Below, piece by piece: positions 10,141 to 20,119 of a stretch of 64,000 nucleotides of DNA. The notes beneath the pieces are model-generated. The model was not told the DNA's origin, ran no database searches, and saw only the letters and a list, made by a program, of their open reading frames with translations. A program made the position numbers and the translations under genes. Origin of the DNA: an uncultured Gammaproteobacteria bacterium (lineage in GTDB: Bacteria > Patescibacteriota > Patescibacteriia > UBA1558 > S5-K13). The number at the start of each line of letters is the position of its first letter. Within the stretch, counting starts at the first letter, position 1. Where the stretch lies: positions 248,306 through 312,305 of the forward strand of contig CAZXFD010000001.1 in NCBI GenBank assembly GCA_964640635.1. Reading direction: 5' to 3'.

Positions 10141-11511
10141 TTACATTCCGCCTCCCTTGACGACCGCATCAATAGTTTTAAGTATAATAGAAATGTCGAG
10201 TGCGAGATTTCTATTTTTGATATAGTATAAATCGTATTCTAGTTTTTCTATTGCATCATCAATTGTGTTACCATAGGGATAGTTTATTTGAGCCCAGCCA
10301 GAAAGGCCTGGTTTTACAAGTAGTCTATGACTGTAGAAGGGGATTTCTTTTTCAAGAGACTCAATAAATTCTGGTCTTTCGGGGCGAGGACCGATAAGAC
10401 TCATATCGCCTTTTAGAATATTTATAAATTGTGGTATTTCATCTAATCTTGTTTTTCTTAAAAATTTTCCAAACTTTGTAATTCTGGAGTCATTTTTTGA
10501 TGCCCATTGTGCGCCATTTTTTTCTGCATTATCAATCATTGTTCTAAATTTCATTGCAAGAAAATTTTCTCCATTTTTTCCGGTTCTGTATTGTTTAAAA
10601 AATATTGGTCCACGAGAGCCAACCTTTATTCCAATAATTATGAAAGGAACTATTATAAGTGATAGTATTAGTAGAATGAATGTGAAGATTTTTTCAAAAA
10701 TATTTTTACCAAAATCAAATATGAATTTTTTATTTTCATTTAGATTGCTTATAAGCCACATTTGATTGATATTTTTAAGCACCACTTTGCCAAGATATTT
10801 TTCATAAAACTCTGTAGTTTTTATTACTTCTATTTTGAGATTAATACATTTTAAAAGTTTGCCAGATATATTATTGTCAAAAAGTAAATCATCGTCTATT
10901 ACAATGCTTTGAATTTTATTGTTTTCTAAATAGTCTTCTAGATTTTCAATACTTGTTTTTTCAATTAGATCTAGGTTAATATTATTTAAGGGATTAATGT
11001 ATGTTTTTATATTTAATTCAAGTTCCGGTTTTTGATTGATACTTTTTAATAAATCGGGGTTGTTTGTTATAACAAGAGAATTTTGTTGAATTTTGTATCT
11101 ATACAAAGCTTTATTTGCAAAAAATCTCCAAATATAAAAAAGAATTCCAAATATTAATATATTTAAAACAAGTATAGTTTTTGGAGTAATGATATTTTGA
11201 GGGGTTATATAAAAATACAAGACGCTAAGAAAGAAATTCATTATAGAAAAATTTATTATACTTACAATAATTTCATATTTATTTTTTATTATTTTATTTG
11301 TTTCATACAATCTTAATGCATACAATATAACAAGCCACATTATATAAAGAGTTGTAAAATATGGAATATGTTTGAAAAATAGATTGTCCGATATATTAAA
11401 ATTATATCTTATCAGGAGTGCTAAAAATAAAGCAAAATAGAGACATATTGTGTCCCCAGTAAAGAAAATTATTTTTTTAATTTTTAATTTTAGATCCGTG
11501 TCTAATGTCAT
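10141..11511 (-). CDS. Polyprenyl-phosphate hexose-1-phosphate transferase (bacterial sugar transferase, WbaP/EpsL family)
   Basis: 456 aa. N-terminal TM helices; the C-terminal catalytic domain reads GPRPE ... LLVKPGLSGWAQINYPYG, typical of the Bac_transf family. Confidence 0.75.
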   Translation of the reverse strand: MTLDTDLKLKIKKIIFFTGDTICLYFALFLALLIRYNFNISDNLFFKHIPYFTTLYIMWLVILYALRLYETNKIIKNKYEIIVSIINFSIMNFFLSVLYFYITPQNIITPKTILVLNILIFGILFYIWRFFANKALYRYKIQQNSLVITNNPDLLKSINQKPELELNIKTYINPLNNINLDLIEKTSIENLEDYLENNKIQSIVIDDDLLFDNNISGKLLKCINLKIEVIKTTEFYEKYLGKVVLKNINQMWLISNLNENKKFIFDFGKNIFEKIFTFILLILSLIIVPFIIIGIKVGSRGPIFFKQYRTGKNGENFLAMKFRTMIDNAEKNGAQWASKNDSRITKFGKFLRKTRLDEIPQFINILKGDMSLIGPRPERPEFIESLEKEIPFYSHRLLVKPGLSGWAQINYPYGNTIDDAIEKLEYDLYYIKNRNLALDISIILKTIDAVVKGGGM

Positions 11512-11683
11512 ATGCTAATTTTATCAAATTTATCTTATTTTTACTATATTTTTGGATATTTATCAATATTGAATATTTATGAAAAATATTATATTATAAT
11601 AGTATTAAAGATTAAAAATGTCAATCCCGTTTGGCGGGATAAGTTTCTTTAAGAACTATTTATATTTAAAAATAAAATTTTAT

Positions 11684-13003
11684 ATGTCAAATAAAAAAAT
11701 ATTATTATTTGTTTTTATTTTTTTCTTCCTTTTTGTATCAAAAAATGCTTTAGCTGAGATTACTTTTAATAATATTGAGGTTTTTGATATAGTGGATAGA
11801 ACGGCAAAGGTAAGATGGAATACCAGTCAAGAAACAAAAGGAGATGTTTATTACGGTGAAAATCAAAATAATCTAGATAGGTGGATGGGCTATAGCTTGT
11901 ATAGCATTCAACATGAAACCGTTTTAAGCGGGTTAGATGATGATAAAGATTATTATTATAAAATAGTAGCTACAAATTCTGCAGGAGAAACATCAGAGAC
12001 CTTTATTAATTCATTTAACACAGATAATATAGCAGACACAATAAGGCCAACTTTTTTAAATCAAGAAATAGTTCAGACAACATCAGATGCTGTTACTGTA
12101 TCTTGGGTAACTGATGAAGATACAAAGGCAGAGATTTGGTATGGCTTTGAAGATGATAGAGATAAAAAAGTTATTTACTCTGGTTATAAGAAAAATCATA
12201 TTTTACCAATTTATAAATTAGATAATGATTCAAGATACAGTTTGATGATAATAGCTGAAGATAGATCCAAAAATAAAACAGAAAGTAGAGTTTTGTTTTT
12301 TAACACATCAAGTGGTGATACTACTCATACGCTTGTTATTTCTAATATCAAGCCTCAGGGTCCAGGAGACCAAATGATAGGATTAAGAGATGCTAAAATT
12401 ACATGGAATACAAATTTCATAGCAAAAGGACTTCTTACATATGGAACAAGTGAAAATAGTTTAAATAAAAAGATTTATGTATCACCAGATAAGGCAACAG
12501 AACATATTGCTGTTTTATCTGGATTAGAACCAAATACAAGGTATTATTACAGGATTAAAGCCTATGAAAGTCTTTATAATAAAACCGCACAAACTGCAGT
12601 TTTAAATTTTACAACCAAAAATATCAAAACAAATTTGAAAACAGGAGATATAGTGAAGGGTTCTGGTCCAAAAGTATACATAATAAAAGGAAATAATAAA
12701 TATTCTATACCAAATGAAACGGTTTTTAATGCTTTAGGTTTGAAATGGTCATGGCTTGATGACGTTGATGATTCAAAATTGGCAGAATATAAAAATTTGG
12801 GAGATATTTCTTCTACTAAGCATCCAGATGGAGCACTCATAAAATATGATGGTAAATCAACTGTTTATGTTATTGAGGGTGGAAAGAAAAGACCAATACT
12901 AACAGCATCTGCCTTTAATAAGCTTGGATATGATTGGTCTAAGATTATAAACTTATCAAAGACTAGTAAATTCAAATATACAACTGGTAAAAATATTCAG
13001 TAA
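11684..13003 (+). CDS. Secreted protein with fibronectin-III-like repeats
   Basis: Signal peptide MSNKKILLFVFIFFFLFVSKNALA; four repeated modules of the form VxWxT...YGxxxxxL...GL.P.T.YYY(K/R)I (PAP-N/FN3-like). Confidence 0.5.
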   Translation: MSNKKILLFVFIFFFLFVSKNALAEITFNNIEVFDIVDRTAKVRWNTSQETKGDVYYGENQNNLDRWMGYSLYSIQHETVLSGLDDDKDYYYKIVATNSAGETSETFINSFNTDNIADTIRPTFLNQEIVQTTSDAVTVSWVTDEDTKAEIWYGFEDDRDKKVIYSGYKKNHILPIYKLDNDSRYSLMIIAEDRSKNKTESRVLFFNTSSGDTTHTLVISNIKPQGPGDQMIGLRDAKITWNTNFIAKGLLTYGTSENSLNKKIYVSPDKATEHIAVLSGLEPNTRYYYRIKAYESLYNKTAQTAVLNFTTKNIKTNLKTGDIVKGSGPKVYIIKGNNKYSIPNETVFNALGLKWSWLDDVDDSKLAEYKNLGDISSTKHPDGALIKYDGKSTVYVIEGGKKRPILTASAFNKLGYDWSKIINLSKTSKFKYTTGKNIQ

Positions 13004-13197
13004 ACAAAAAATATCTTATCTCAGATATTTCATAAAATTCGAAATTCAAACTTCTAAATTTAAAATTATTTTGGTACACTGCCGTGCTCTAACAACTATG
13101 TGCATACAATGTCCATAGGCTTTTTTAGGGTCTTTTTGATATTCTAAATTAGGCACATTAGTCATGGCTAAAATATTGCCCTAAGCACTATGTACCA

Positions 13198-13226
13198 TTG
13201 ACAATGTCAATTTAATATGATAATGT
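13198..13226 (+). promoter_or_regulatory. Sigma70-like promoter (TTGACA-17-TAATGT) in front of the 13272 ORF; the -35 lies in the palindrome TTGACAaTGTCAA
   Basis: Read directly from sequence, followed by a strong RBS AAGGAGG 6 nt before the ATG at 13272. Confidence 0.45.
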
Positions 13227-13271
13227 AATCTGTTAAATAATAACAAATAACTAAATTCTAAGGAGGATCAA

Positions 13272-13811
13272 ATGGACAATTTACTTATTATACTGTTAAA
13301 TCTCATATATGGATTCATTCCTTATGGGAAAAACATGGTATGTCTTTTTGGTGGAATAAACAAAAATGGGAGTGTCTACTCTCTAATTAGTTTATTCACT
13401 AAAGCAGAAAACGCCTATTCAATAATTAATATTTCTTCTGTGGTTAAAAACAATTTGTGGACTCTGCTCAATATATTGGGGTTCGCGAATGGATCAAGTG
13501 GAAACATACTATCGTTGATAAGTTTTGCAGCCGATGCAAAAAAGGAAATTAAAATTGCTTTTAGCGTTCTTGCTTTTTCTTCTGGAAATTTAAGAACATT
13601 TATTAACTTTGTTGGCATGGCAGACGAAAATATTGATGTTTATCTTTTTTCTTTCTTTGCGGCATCAACAAGTGTAAAAATAACGTTTTTCAGCTTTATT
13701 GCTATTGCCTTTAATTATGTAGAAGCAAAAATAAGCTTCTTTGCGATAGGACCAAAGGTAAAAGTTATTGTTGGGGCGTTGAGTTTAAGACAAAATTCGA
13801 ACATAGTGTAA
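13272..13811 (+). CDS. Hypothetical hydrophobic, low-complexity protein
   Basis: Strong promoter and SD upstream; the translation is Ser/Gly/Phe-rich with hydrophobic stretches; no homology recognised. Confidence 0.35.
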   Translation: MDNLLIILLNLIYGFIPYGKNMVCLFGGINKNGSVYSLISLFTKAENAYSIINISSVVKNNLWTLLNILGFANGSSGNILSLISFAADAKKEIKIAFSVLAFSSGNLRTFINFVGMADENIDVYLFSFFAASTSVKITFFSFIAIAFNYVEAKISFFAIGPKVKVIVGALSLRQNSNIV

Positions 13812-13834
13812 AATAATCGACCACGCTATTTAAA

Positions 13835-13866
13835 AGACTCGTTATAATTATGCGGGTCTTTTTTAT
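13835..13866 (+). terminator. Rho-independent terminator (AGACTCG-N11-CGGGTCT + T6)
   Basis: Hairpin followed by TTTTTT, downstream of the 13272 ORF. Confidence 0.4.
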
Positions 13867-13953
13867 TTCTCAAAAACAAAAAACACCTATTTCTAGGTAT
13901 TTCATGGTTCTCGCCACGACAAGGTGTTGAGGTCTCTTGAATCTCTCAAGGGG

Positions 13954-14028
13954 TGGTACCGCCACGGAGAATCGAACTCCGGTTACCAGGATGAGAACCT
14001 GACGTCCTAACCACTAGACGATGACGGC
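13954..14028 (-). tRNA. tRNA-Glu (anticodon CUC)
   Basis: Reverse complement GCCGTCATCGTCTAGTGGTTAGGACGTCAGGTTCTCATCCTGGTAACCGGAGTTCGATTCTCCGTGGCGGTACCA folds as a 75-nt cloverleaf. It has a 7-bp acceptor stem (2 G.U), a GTTCGATTC T-loop, the anticodon loop TTCTCAT, and an encoded CCA. Confidence 0.8.
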
Positions 14029-14039
14029 ATTAGAATAGT

Positions 14040-15056
14040 TTAGTACTTTTTGAATATTTTTTCAATATCACTAACCTTTTTTATACTAACCAACTCTTTT
14101 CTCATTTCTCTTGCATTTTCTTGGTTTTTTGTATAAAAGAGAAGATGTTTTCTCATTTCTACCATTCCATAATCATTACTAGATTTTTCAACTAATTTTG
14201 CATGAGATAGGGCAATTTTTTTTATTTGTGCCCAAGTTTTTTCTTTATATTTATTTTCTTTAAGATATTTTTTAATTTGATCAAATATCCAGGGTTTTCC
14301 ATAAACACCACGAGCAATGCCAACTCCATCAGCTTGAGTTAAAAATAGAGTTTTTTGTGCTTGTCCTGGATCATAGATATTTCCATTTGCTATTATAATA
14401 CCACTGAAATATTTTCTAACTTTTTTTATATAGTTATAATCAATTTCACCAGAAAAACCTTGTTCATAAGTTCTTCCGTGGATCATTATTGTAGAAACTC
14501 GTAAATCCTTAATTTTTTTTATTAGATCGATAGACTCAATAATATCTTTTTTACTTTTAACATCTAATTTTTTTGCTTTACAACTTTCTGCTTTTATAGA
14601 TTTTCTTACTTTTATTGAAACTGGTAAATCTGTATTATCACAAACTGTTTTAATAATTTTGTAACATAAATCTAAATCACGCATTAGAGTTGCACCACCT
14701 CCGTGACCAGCGACTTTTTTTGCCGGACATCCGAAATTGATATCAATTCCTGAAAAACCAAGTTTTGTGATTATTTGAGTAGCGCGTGCAAATTTTTCGG
14801 GATCTTTTCCAAATAGCTGGACTACAACAGGTTTTTCACCTTTAAGGATTTTTAACATATTATGAGTTTTTTTTGAATTGAAATGAAGACCGTCAGCAGA
14901 GATCATCTCAGTATAAACTACATCAGCTCCATTTTTTCGGCATATCGTACAGAACGCAGGATCTGTAATTCCTGCCATAGGAGCTAGTACTAAAATAGGC
15001 TTTCGCAGTGAAAGCCAGAAGTTTTTGGTATTAATTTGCGTTGTCTTTTGTATCAT
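14040..15056 (-). CDS. dus: tRNA-dihydrouridine synthase
   Basis: LVLAPMAGITDPAFCTICRKNGADVVYTEMISADGL ... FGCP; TIM-barrel FMN Dus signature. Confidence 0.8.
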   Translation of the reverse strand: MIQKTTQINTKNFWLSLRKPILVLAPMAGITDPAFCTICRKNGADVVYTEMISADGLHFNSKKTHNMLKILKGEKPVVVQLFGKDPEKFARATQIITKLGFSGIDINFGCPAKKVAGHGGGATLMRDLDLCYKIIKTVCDNTDLPVSIKVRKSIKAESCKAKKLDVKSKKDIIESIDLIKKIKDLRVSTIMIHGRTYEQGFSGEIDYNYIKKVRKYFSGIIIANGNIYDPGQAQKTLFLTQADGVGIARGVYGKPWIFDQIKKYLKENKYKEKTWAQIKKIALSHAKLVEKSSNDYGMVEMRKHLLFYTKNQENAREMRKELVSIKKVSDIEKIFKKY

Positions 15057-15069
15057 TTATTTTAATCTA

Positions 15070-15993
15070 TTAGTCCATCCACTTTTTATTTTTGAATACT
15101 GACAATATAAACAAAGTAAATGCTATCATGAGTCCTACTGCAAATAAAAATCCCCAAGGCTGTTTTTGGAAAGGTATAATATAATTCATACCAAAAGTAG
15201 AGGAAACAAGTGTCAGTGGCATGAGAGTTACAGAAATTATTGTGAGTGTTTTCATTATACTGTTTAATTTGAATGAAATTAGAGATTCATTTGTGTTGTG
15301 CAGTGCTTCAATATTTTCTTTTTGATTTTCAAGCATTTCCCAAATTTCCTTTGATTGTTCTAGTACGCTATCGAAATAAACAGACATATTCTTGTCATCT
15401 AATATCGAACTAGCTATAGAAGATAGTTTTTTCATTGTATTTTTGTGGGATTGGACACTTTTTCTAAAGTTTACAATATTTCTTTTGACAATTAATATTT
15501 CATTTACCATTTTTCTTTCTTGATGATTGAATATCTGGTTTTCAATATTTTGCATGTCTTGAGATATGTGGTTTAAAATAGGGAAACAATATTTTTGTAA
15601 CTCGGTAAGTAGTTGATACAATAAAAATGGAATACTCTTATTTAGATATTTTTCTCTTTCTGTTTCGTTTCTTTGACAAGTTTCAAATATTTTATTAATT
15701 GGATCTAATTTTTTATCGTTTAACGTTACTATGTAGTCATGTCCGATAAATATATCTACCTCTGATAATGATATTGCCCTTGTGTCTCTATCAAAGTATG
15801 GAAAATTCAAGACGATAAAGGCATAGTTATCATATTGTTCTATTTTTGCTCGCAAACTTATATTAAGACAATCATCTAAATTAAATGGATGAAATTGATA
15901 ATTGTGTCTCAAGTATTCAATAGATCCAAGATTTGGATTTGTTATATGTGTCCAAGTAAAGTTTTGTGTTTTTATTTTTTGTATTAAACCCAT
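15070..15993 (-). CDS. corA: Mg2+/Co2+ transporter CorA
   Basis: Two C-terminal TM helices with the GMN motif (STFGMNYIIPF); ~310 aa. Confidence 0.85.
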   Translation of the reverse strand: MGLIQKIKTQNFTWTHITNPNLGSIEYLRHNYQFHPFNLDDCLNISLRAKIEQYDNYAFIVLNFPYFDRDTRAISLSEVDIFIGHDYIVTLNDKKLDPINKIFETCQRNETEREKYLNKSIPFLLYQLLTELQKYCFPILNHISQDMQNIENQIFNHQERKMVNEILIVKRNIVNFRKSVQSHKNTMKKLSSIASSILDDKNMSVYFDSVLEQSKEIWEMLENQKENIEALHNTNESLISFKLNSIMKTLTIISVTLMPLTLVSSTFGMNYIIPFQKQPWGFLFAVGLMIAFTLFILSVFKNKKWMD

Positions 15994-16199
15994 GGTGTTA
16001 AGTTTTAAGTATAAAGTTTGAAGTTTGAGGCATGCGGTGTATTTTAAGTAATTAAGTATAGGGCTTGAAGTAAAAATTACTTTACTTCATTCTTCACACT
16101 TCATTCTTCATCACTTAACATTATATCATTGTAGTATATTACTTGCAAAATGTGATATAATATATTTAAGTAAAAATATAAAAATTTCATAGAAATAAT

Positions 16200-16703
16200 A
16201 TGCCTGATTTAAAAAATCCTCTTGAAAAAATATCACAAGAGCAATTAAAAAATTTAAATACTTCTTCAGAACAAAAAAGAGGAGAGACAATTCCTGTTAA
16301 AGAAAAAAATCAAGAAATACAAAATAATCAAATACAAACACAACAAGATCCCCCGTCTTCTATAAATCAACAAATTCAAGTCAAGCACAATGCGCAAGCA
16401 TCTTCTGTGGGTCAGGATGAATTGGCAAAAGAAATAGAGAATATCTTAGAGAGCGGATTAGAAAATCTTTATATGAAGATGCCTAAGGAAAAACAACTTC
16501 AATTTAGACAAAAAGGAGAAGAAGTAAGTAATAAAATAGCAATAATTTTAAAAGAGGTAAAAATTAAGACATCTAAAATTTTAAGCCTCATAATGTCATG
16601 GTTGTCTATTATTCCAGGAGTTAATAAATTTTTTATACGTCAAGAATCCAAGATAAAAACAGACAAGATTATAGCATTAAAAAATAAAAACCCACGTTTA
16701 TAA
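16200..16703 (+). CDS. Hypothetical protein (Q-rich N-terminus, C-terminal TM helix)
   Basis: ORF only. Confidence 0.35.
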   Translation: MPDLKNPLEKISQEQLKNLNTSSEQKRGETIPVKEKNQEIQNNQIQTQQDPPSSINQQIQVKHNAQASSVGQDELAKEIENILESGLENLYMKMPKEKQLQFRQKGEEVSNKIAIILKEVKIKTSKILSLIMSWLSIIPGVNKFFIRQESKIKTDKIIALKNKNPRL

Positions 16704-16748
16704 TTCGCTTTTAAATATAATAGCGAGGTAAATGAGGTAAGTAAAATT

Positions 16749-19256
16749 ATGAATTTATTTGATTTTAATCTTCAAATAGGGAATTTTTCAATCCCATTAT
16801 TGGTATTTTTGGTATTGTGTATTATGGGTTTGCTCATAATATTTTTTATTATTTATTTATTATTTAAAATTATTAATAAATCCAATACTAGTCCGTATTT
16901 TACTATCAAGCTTATTAGTGTAAAGGTTCCTAAATATGAAGATGTGAATTTTGCAAATTCTAATCAGAGTCAAGATACTATACAAAAAACTCAAGAACAA
17001 ATTGCTGTTGCTGAAAATTTATACAGTATTTTAGGTGGCATGAAAGCTCAAAAGGGATTAAAGGCAACTTTTGGTAAAAGAGATGATCATTTTTCATTGG
17101 AAATGGTTTTAAAAGACGGACTTATTAATTTTTATGTAGGAGTTCCAGAAAATAATTTGAATTTTTTCCAAGAACGTATTCATGCTATTTATCCACATGC
17201 AGAAATAGAATCTATTGACGATTATAATGTTTTTACTTCAGATGGTGTTACTTTGGGGGAGGTTTTGAAATTTAAAGAAAGTTTTATCTTTCCTTTAAAA
17301 ACTTATAAGAAATTAGAAGTAGATCCACTTGATTCTATTCTTAATTCGATGTCAAAAATAGGAGACAATGACTCTGTGGCTATTCAAATAGTTGCAAGAA
17401 GTGCGAATAAATCATGGCATAAAATATGTAGAAAATTCACTCAGAGCATTTCAAGGGGTAAAAATCTCAAAGAAGCAAAAATTGCTGCAGGACTTGAAAG
17501 TCCATGGGCAACATTTTTTTATGGTATTGGACAATTATTAGATACTATGAAAACAAACAAAGAAGAGAAACAAACACAACAACATCAGCCACTTTCTCAA
17601 ATGGAGACAGATATGATAAAAAATATTGAAGAGAAAAATTCAAAGGCGGGGCTTGATGTAAATATTAGAATTGTTGTAAATTCTCAAAACGAAGTAATAG
17701 CTAAAACATATTTAGATAATATAAGAAATTCTTTTTCTCAATATAATCTATATCAATATGGAAATCTTTTGGAGCGCGCAAAACAAAATAAAGATGAGCT
17801 TATAAATGATTTTATTTATAGAAGATTTAATGAATCTTATAGAATGATTTTAAATACCGAAGAACTTGCAAGTATTTATCATATGCCTCTTGCAACAACA
17901 GAAACTCCAAACGTTGCCTGGCTTGAAGCAAAAAGATCTGGTGCCCCAAGTAATATTCCTCAAGAAGGTCTTTTGTTAGGAAAAAATGTTTATAGAGACA
18001 AAGAAACTGTTATAAGAATAAAAGATAGAGATAGATTGCGTCATACATATATCATTGGTAAGTCAGGTACTGGTAAATCATATTTACAAGTAAATATGAC
18101 CATACAAGATATCAAAAATGGAGAAGGTGTTTGCGTTATTGATCCACATGGAGACTTGATTGAAGATATTTTGAAACATATTCCAAAAGAAAGGGCTGAG
18201 GATGTAATATTGTTTGACCCTTCAGATGTTGAGCGACCCATTGCTGTAAATATGCTTGAGTTTGAAACACAAGATCAAAAAACTTTTGTAATAAATGAAA
18301 TGATAAAGATTTTTGATAAATTATACGATCTTAAAGCAACAGGTGGACCGATATTTGAACAATACATGAGGAATACAATGCTTCTTGCAATGGAAGATGT
18401 TGAGTCTGGTTCGACTCTACTTGAAATTCCAAGAATTTTAGCAGATGAAGAATTTCGAAAATACAAACTTTCAAAATGTAAAGATTATTTGGTGTCTGAT
18501 TTTTGGCAAAAGCAAGCAGAGAAAGCTGGGGGAGAAGCAGCGCTTGCAAATATGGTTCCCTATATCACTAGCAAACTTACACCGTTTATTTCAAATGATA
18601 CAATAAGACCTATTATATCTCAGCAAAAAAGTTCTTTTAATTTTAGAAGTGTTATAGATGAAAGAAAAATTTTACTTATTAATCTAGCAAAAGGAAAAAT
18701 AGGTGAATTAAATAGTAGTCTTATTGGAATGGTATTTGTAGGAAAAATACTTATGGCAGCTTTGTCTCGTGCAAATATTGAAGATACAAAACGACATAAT
18801 TTTTATCTTTACATAGATGAGTTTCAAAACTTTATTACAGACAGTATTGCGGTTATATTGTCTGAGGCAAGAAAATATGGACTTGGCCTTATAATAGCGC
18901 ACCAGTATATTACCCAACTTGTAAACAAAGGAGATGAAACAATAAAAGACGCTGTTTTTGGTAATGCTGGAACATTCATAACATTTAGAATAGGAACAAA
19001 AGATGCTGAAACTGTTGTAAAACAATTCGCACCTGTATTTAATGAATTTGATCTTGTAAATGTTCCCGCTTACAACGCATATGTAAGACTACTAGTAGAC
19101 AATTATAATCCACCAGCATTTAGTATGAAAGTTGAATCCCGTATAGAGCCAACTCAAGATTATACAAAAGAAATAAAAGAATTGTCACGACTCAAATATG
19201 GAAAAGATAGAGAGCTTGTTGAATCTGAAATCAGAGAAAGAATGAAATTGATATAA
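16749..19256 (+). CDS. Membrane-anchored P-loop NTPase of the TraG/TraD/VirD4 (T4SS coupling-protein-like) / DUF87 class
   Basis: N-terminal TM helix; Walker A GKSGTGKS; Walker B LYIDEFQNF; IIAHQY motif; ~835 aa. Confidence 0.5.
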   Translation: MNLFDFNLQIGNFSIPLLVFLVLCIMGLLIIFFIIYLLFKIINKSNTSPYFTIKLISVKVPKYEDVNFANSNQSQDTIQKTQEQIAVAENLYSILGGMKAQKGLKATFGKRDDHFSLEMVLKDGLINFYVGVPENNLNFFQERIHAIYPHAEIESIDDYNVFTSDGVTLGEVLKFKESFIFPLKTYKKLEVDPLDSILNSMSKIGDNDSVAIQIVARSANKSWHKICRKFTQSISRGKNLKEAKIAAGLESPWATFFYGIGQLLDTMKTNKEEKQTQQHQPLSQMETDMIKNIEEKNSKAGLDVNIRIVVNSQNEVIAKTYLDNIRNSFSQYNLYQYGNLLERAKQNKDELINDFIYRRFNESYRMILNTEELASIYHMPLATTETPNVAWLEAKRSGAPSNIPQEGLLLGKNVYRDKETVIRIKDRDRLRHTYIIGKSGTGKSYLQVNMTIQDIKNGEGVCVIDPHGDLIEDILKHIPKERAEDVILFDPSDVERPIAVNMLEFETQDQKTFVINEMIKIFDKLYDLKATGGPIFEQYMRNTMLLAMEDVESGSTLLEIPRILADEEFRKYKLSKCKDYLVSDFWQKQAEKAGGEAALANMVPYITSKLTPFISNDTIRPIISQQKSSFNFRSVIDERKILLINLAKGKIGELNSSLIGMVFVGKILMAALSRANIEDTKRHNFYLYIDEFQNFITDSIAVILSEARKYGLGLIIAHQYITQLVNKGDETIKDAVFGNAGTFITFRIGTKDAETVVKQFAPVFNEFDLVNVPAYNAYVRLLVDNYNPPAFSMKVESRIEPTQDYTKEIKELSRLKYGKDRELVESEIRERMKLI

Positions 19257-19405
19257 AATTTATAAATATTAGTTTTCAAAAACAAAAAAATATTGTATAA
19301 TTATCTTGTATAAACAAAAATAAAACTGTGCACAAAAATAAATATAAAATAATTCAATCCAAAAACATATAAATTCATGTTGAGGTGAGATAAACAAAAA
19401 CAAAA

Positions 19406-20017
19406 ATGTTTAATAAAATAGATGAATTAAAAGACATTCTCTCTAATATAGAACTTGAACTAAATAAAGCAAAAATAATCTTTAATGAATTGGGAGTGGA
19501 TATTAATCCACCTTCTCATGATTTTTCTCGTATAGCACAATCAGTTGGATCTGAAAAAATAGATGGCGATAATAAAGTGGTTGAAGGAGTTTTTGATGGA
19601 GGACAGATGATAGGTCCTGATGGAAAAAAATATTCTATTCCTGCGAACTATTGTTCTAAGTCAAAACTTGTTGAAGGAGATATATTGAAACTCATTATCA
19701 AAAAAGACGGTAGCTTTGTTTATAAACAAATAGGTCCAGTAGAAAGAAAGAGAATAAAAGGAATCTTGATGAAGGACCCAATAACAGGAGAATTCAAAGT
19801 AAAAACTCAAGATAGATTTTATAAGATTTTGAAAGCCAGCGTTACTTATTTTCATGGTAATGATAATGACGAAGCAATAGTTTTGGTTCCACAAGATGGA
19901 GAGTCTATTTGGGCATCAGTAGAGAATATAATAGTTGGAAGTGGATCTAATTCTTCAAGACTTTTGGATAATACCCCATTTTTACAAGATGATGAGATCA
20001 ATGATTTGAGTTTATAA
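19406..20017 (+). CDS. Hypothetical protein
   Basis: ORF with a downstream terminator. Confidence 0.4.
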   Translation: MFNKIDELKDILSNIELELNKAKIIFNELGVDINPPSHDFSRIAQSVGSEKIDGDNKVVEGVFDGGQMIGPDGKKYSIPANYCSKSKLVEGDILKLIIKKDGSFVYKQIGPVERKRIKGILMKDPITGEFKVKTQDRFYKILKASVTYFHGNDNDEAIVLVPQDGESIWASVENIIVGSGSNSSRLLDNTPFLQDDEINDLSL

Positions 20018-20047
20018 TATTAATATATTTAGACTAAAATGAAAAAG

Positions 20048-20069
20048 ACCAAGCAATTTGGTTTTTTTT
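20048..20069 (+). terminator. Rho-independent terminator (ACCAA-gcaat-TTGGT + T8)
   Basis: Hairpin plus T-run. Confidence 0.55.
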
Positions 20070-20119
20070 GTTATTTGTTATAAAATATGTATAGTTGATA
20101 ATAACTAAACACCAATTAA

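Noticed and set aside
12574-12840. 88-aa minus-strand ORF
   Set aside because: Antisense within the FN3-repeat secreted protein gene. No RBS or signals.
13050-13270. Possible small RNA gene between the FN3 protein and the 13272 ORF
   Set aside because: No convincing conserved RNA structure such as RNase P or tmRNA motifs was recognised. The region is better explained as a promoter (TTGACA-17-TAATGT) plus leader for the 13272 ORF.
13415-13618. 67-aa minus-strand ORF
   Set aside because: Antisense to the 13272 ORF, which has the promoter/SD support.
18041-19025. Four short minus-strand ORFs (18041-18241, 18275-18466, 18331-18549, 18708-19025)
   Set aside because: All lie antisense inside the 835-aa VirD4-like ATPase gene.
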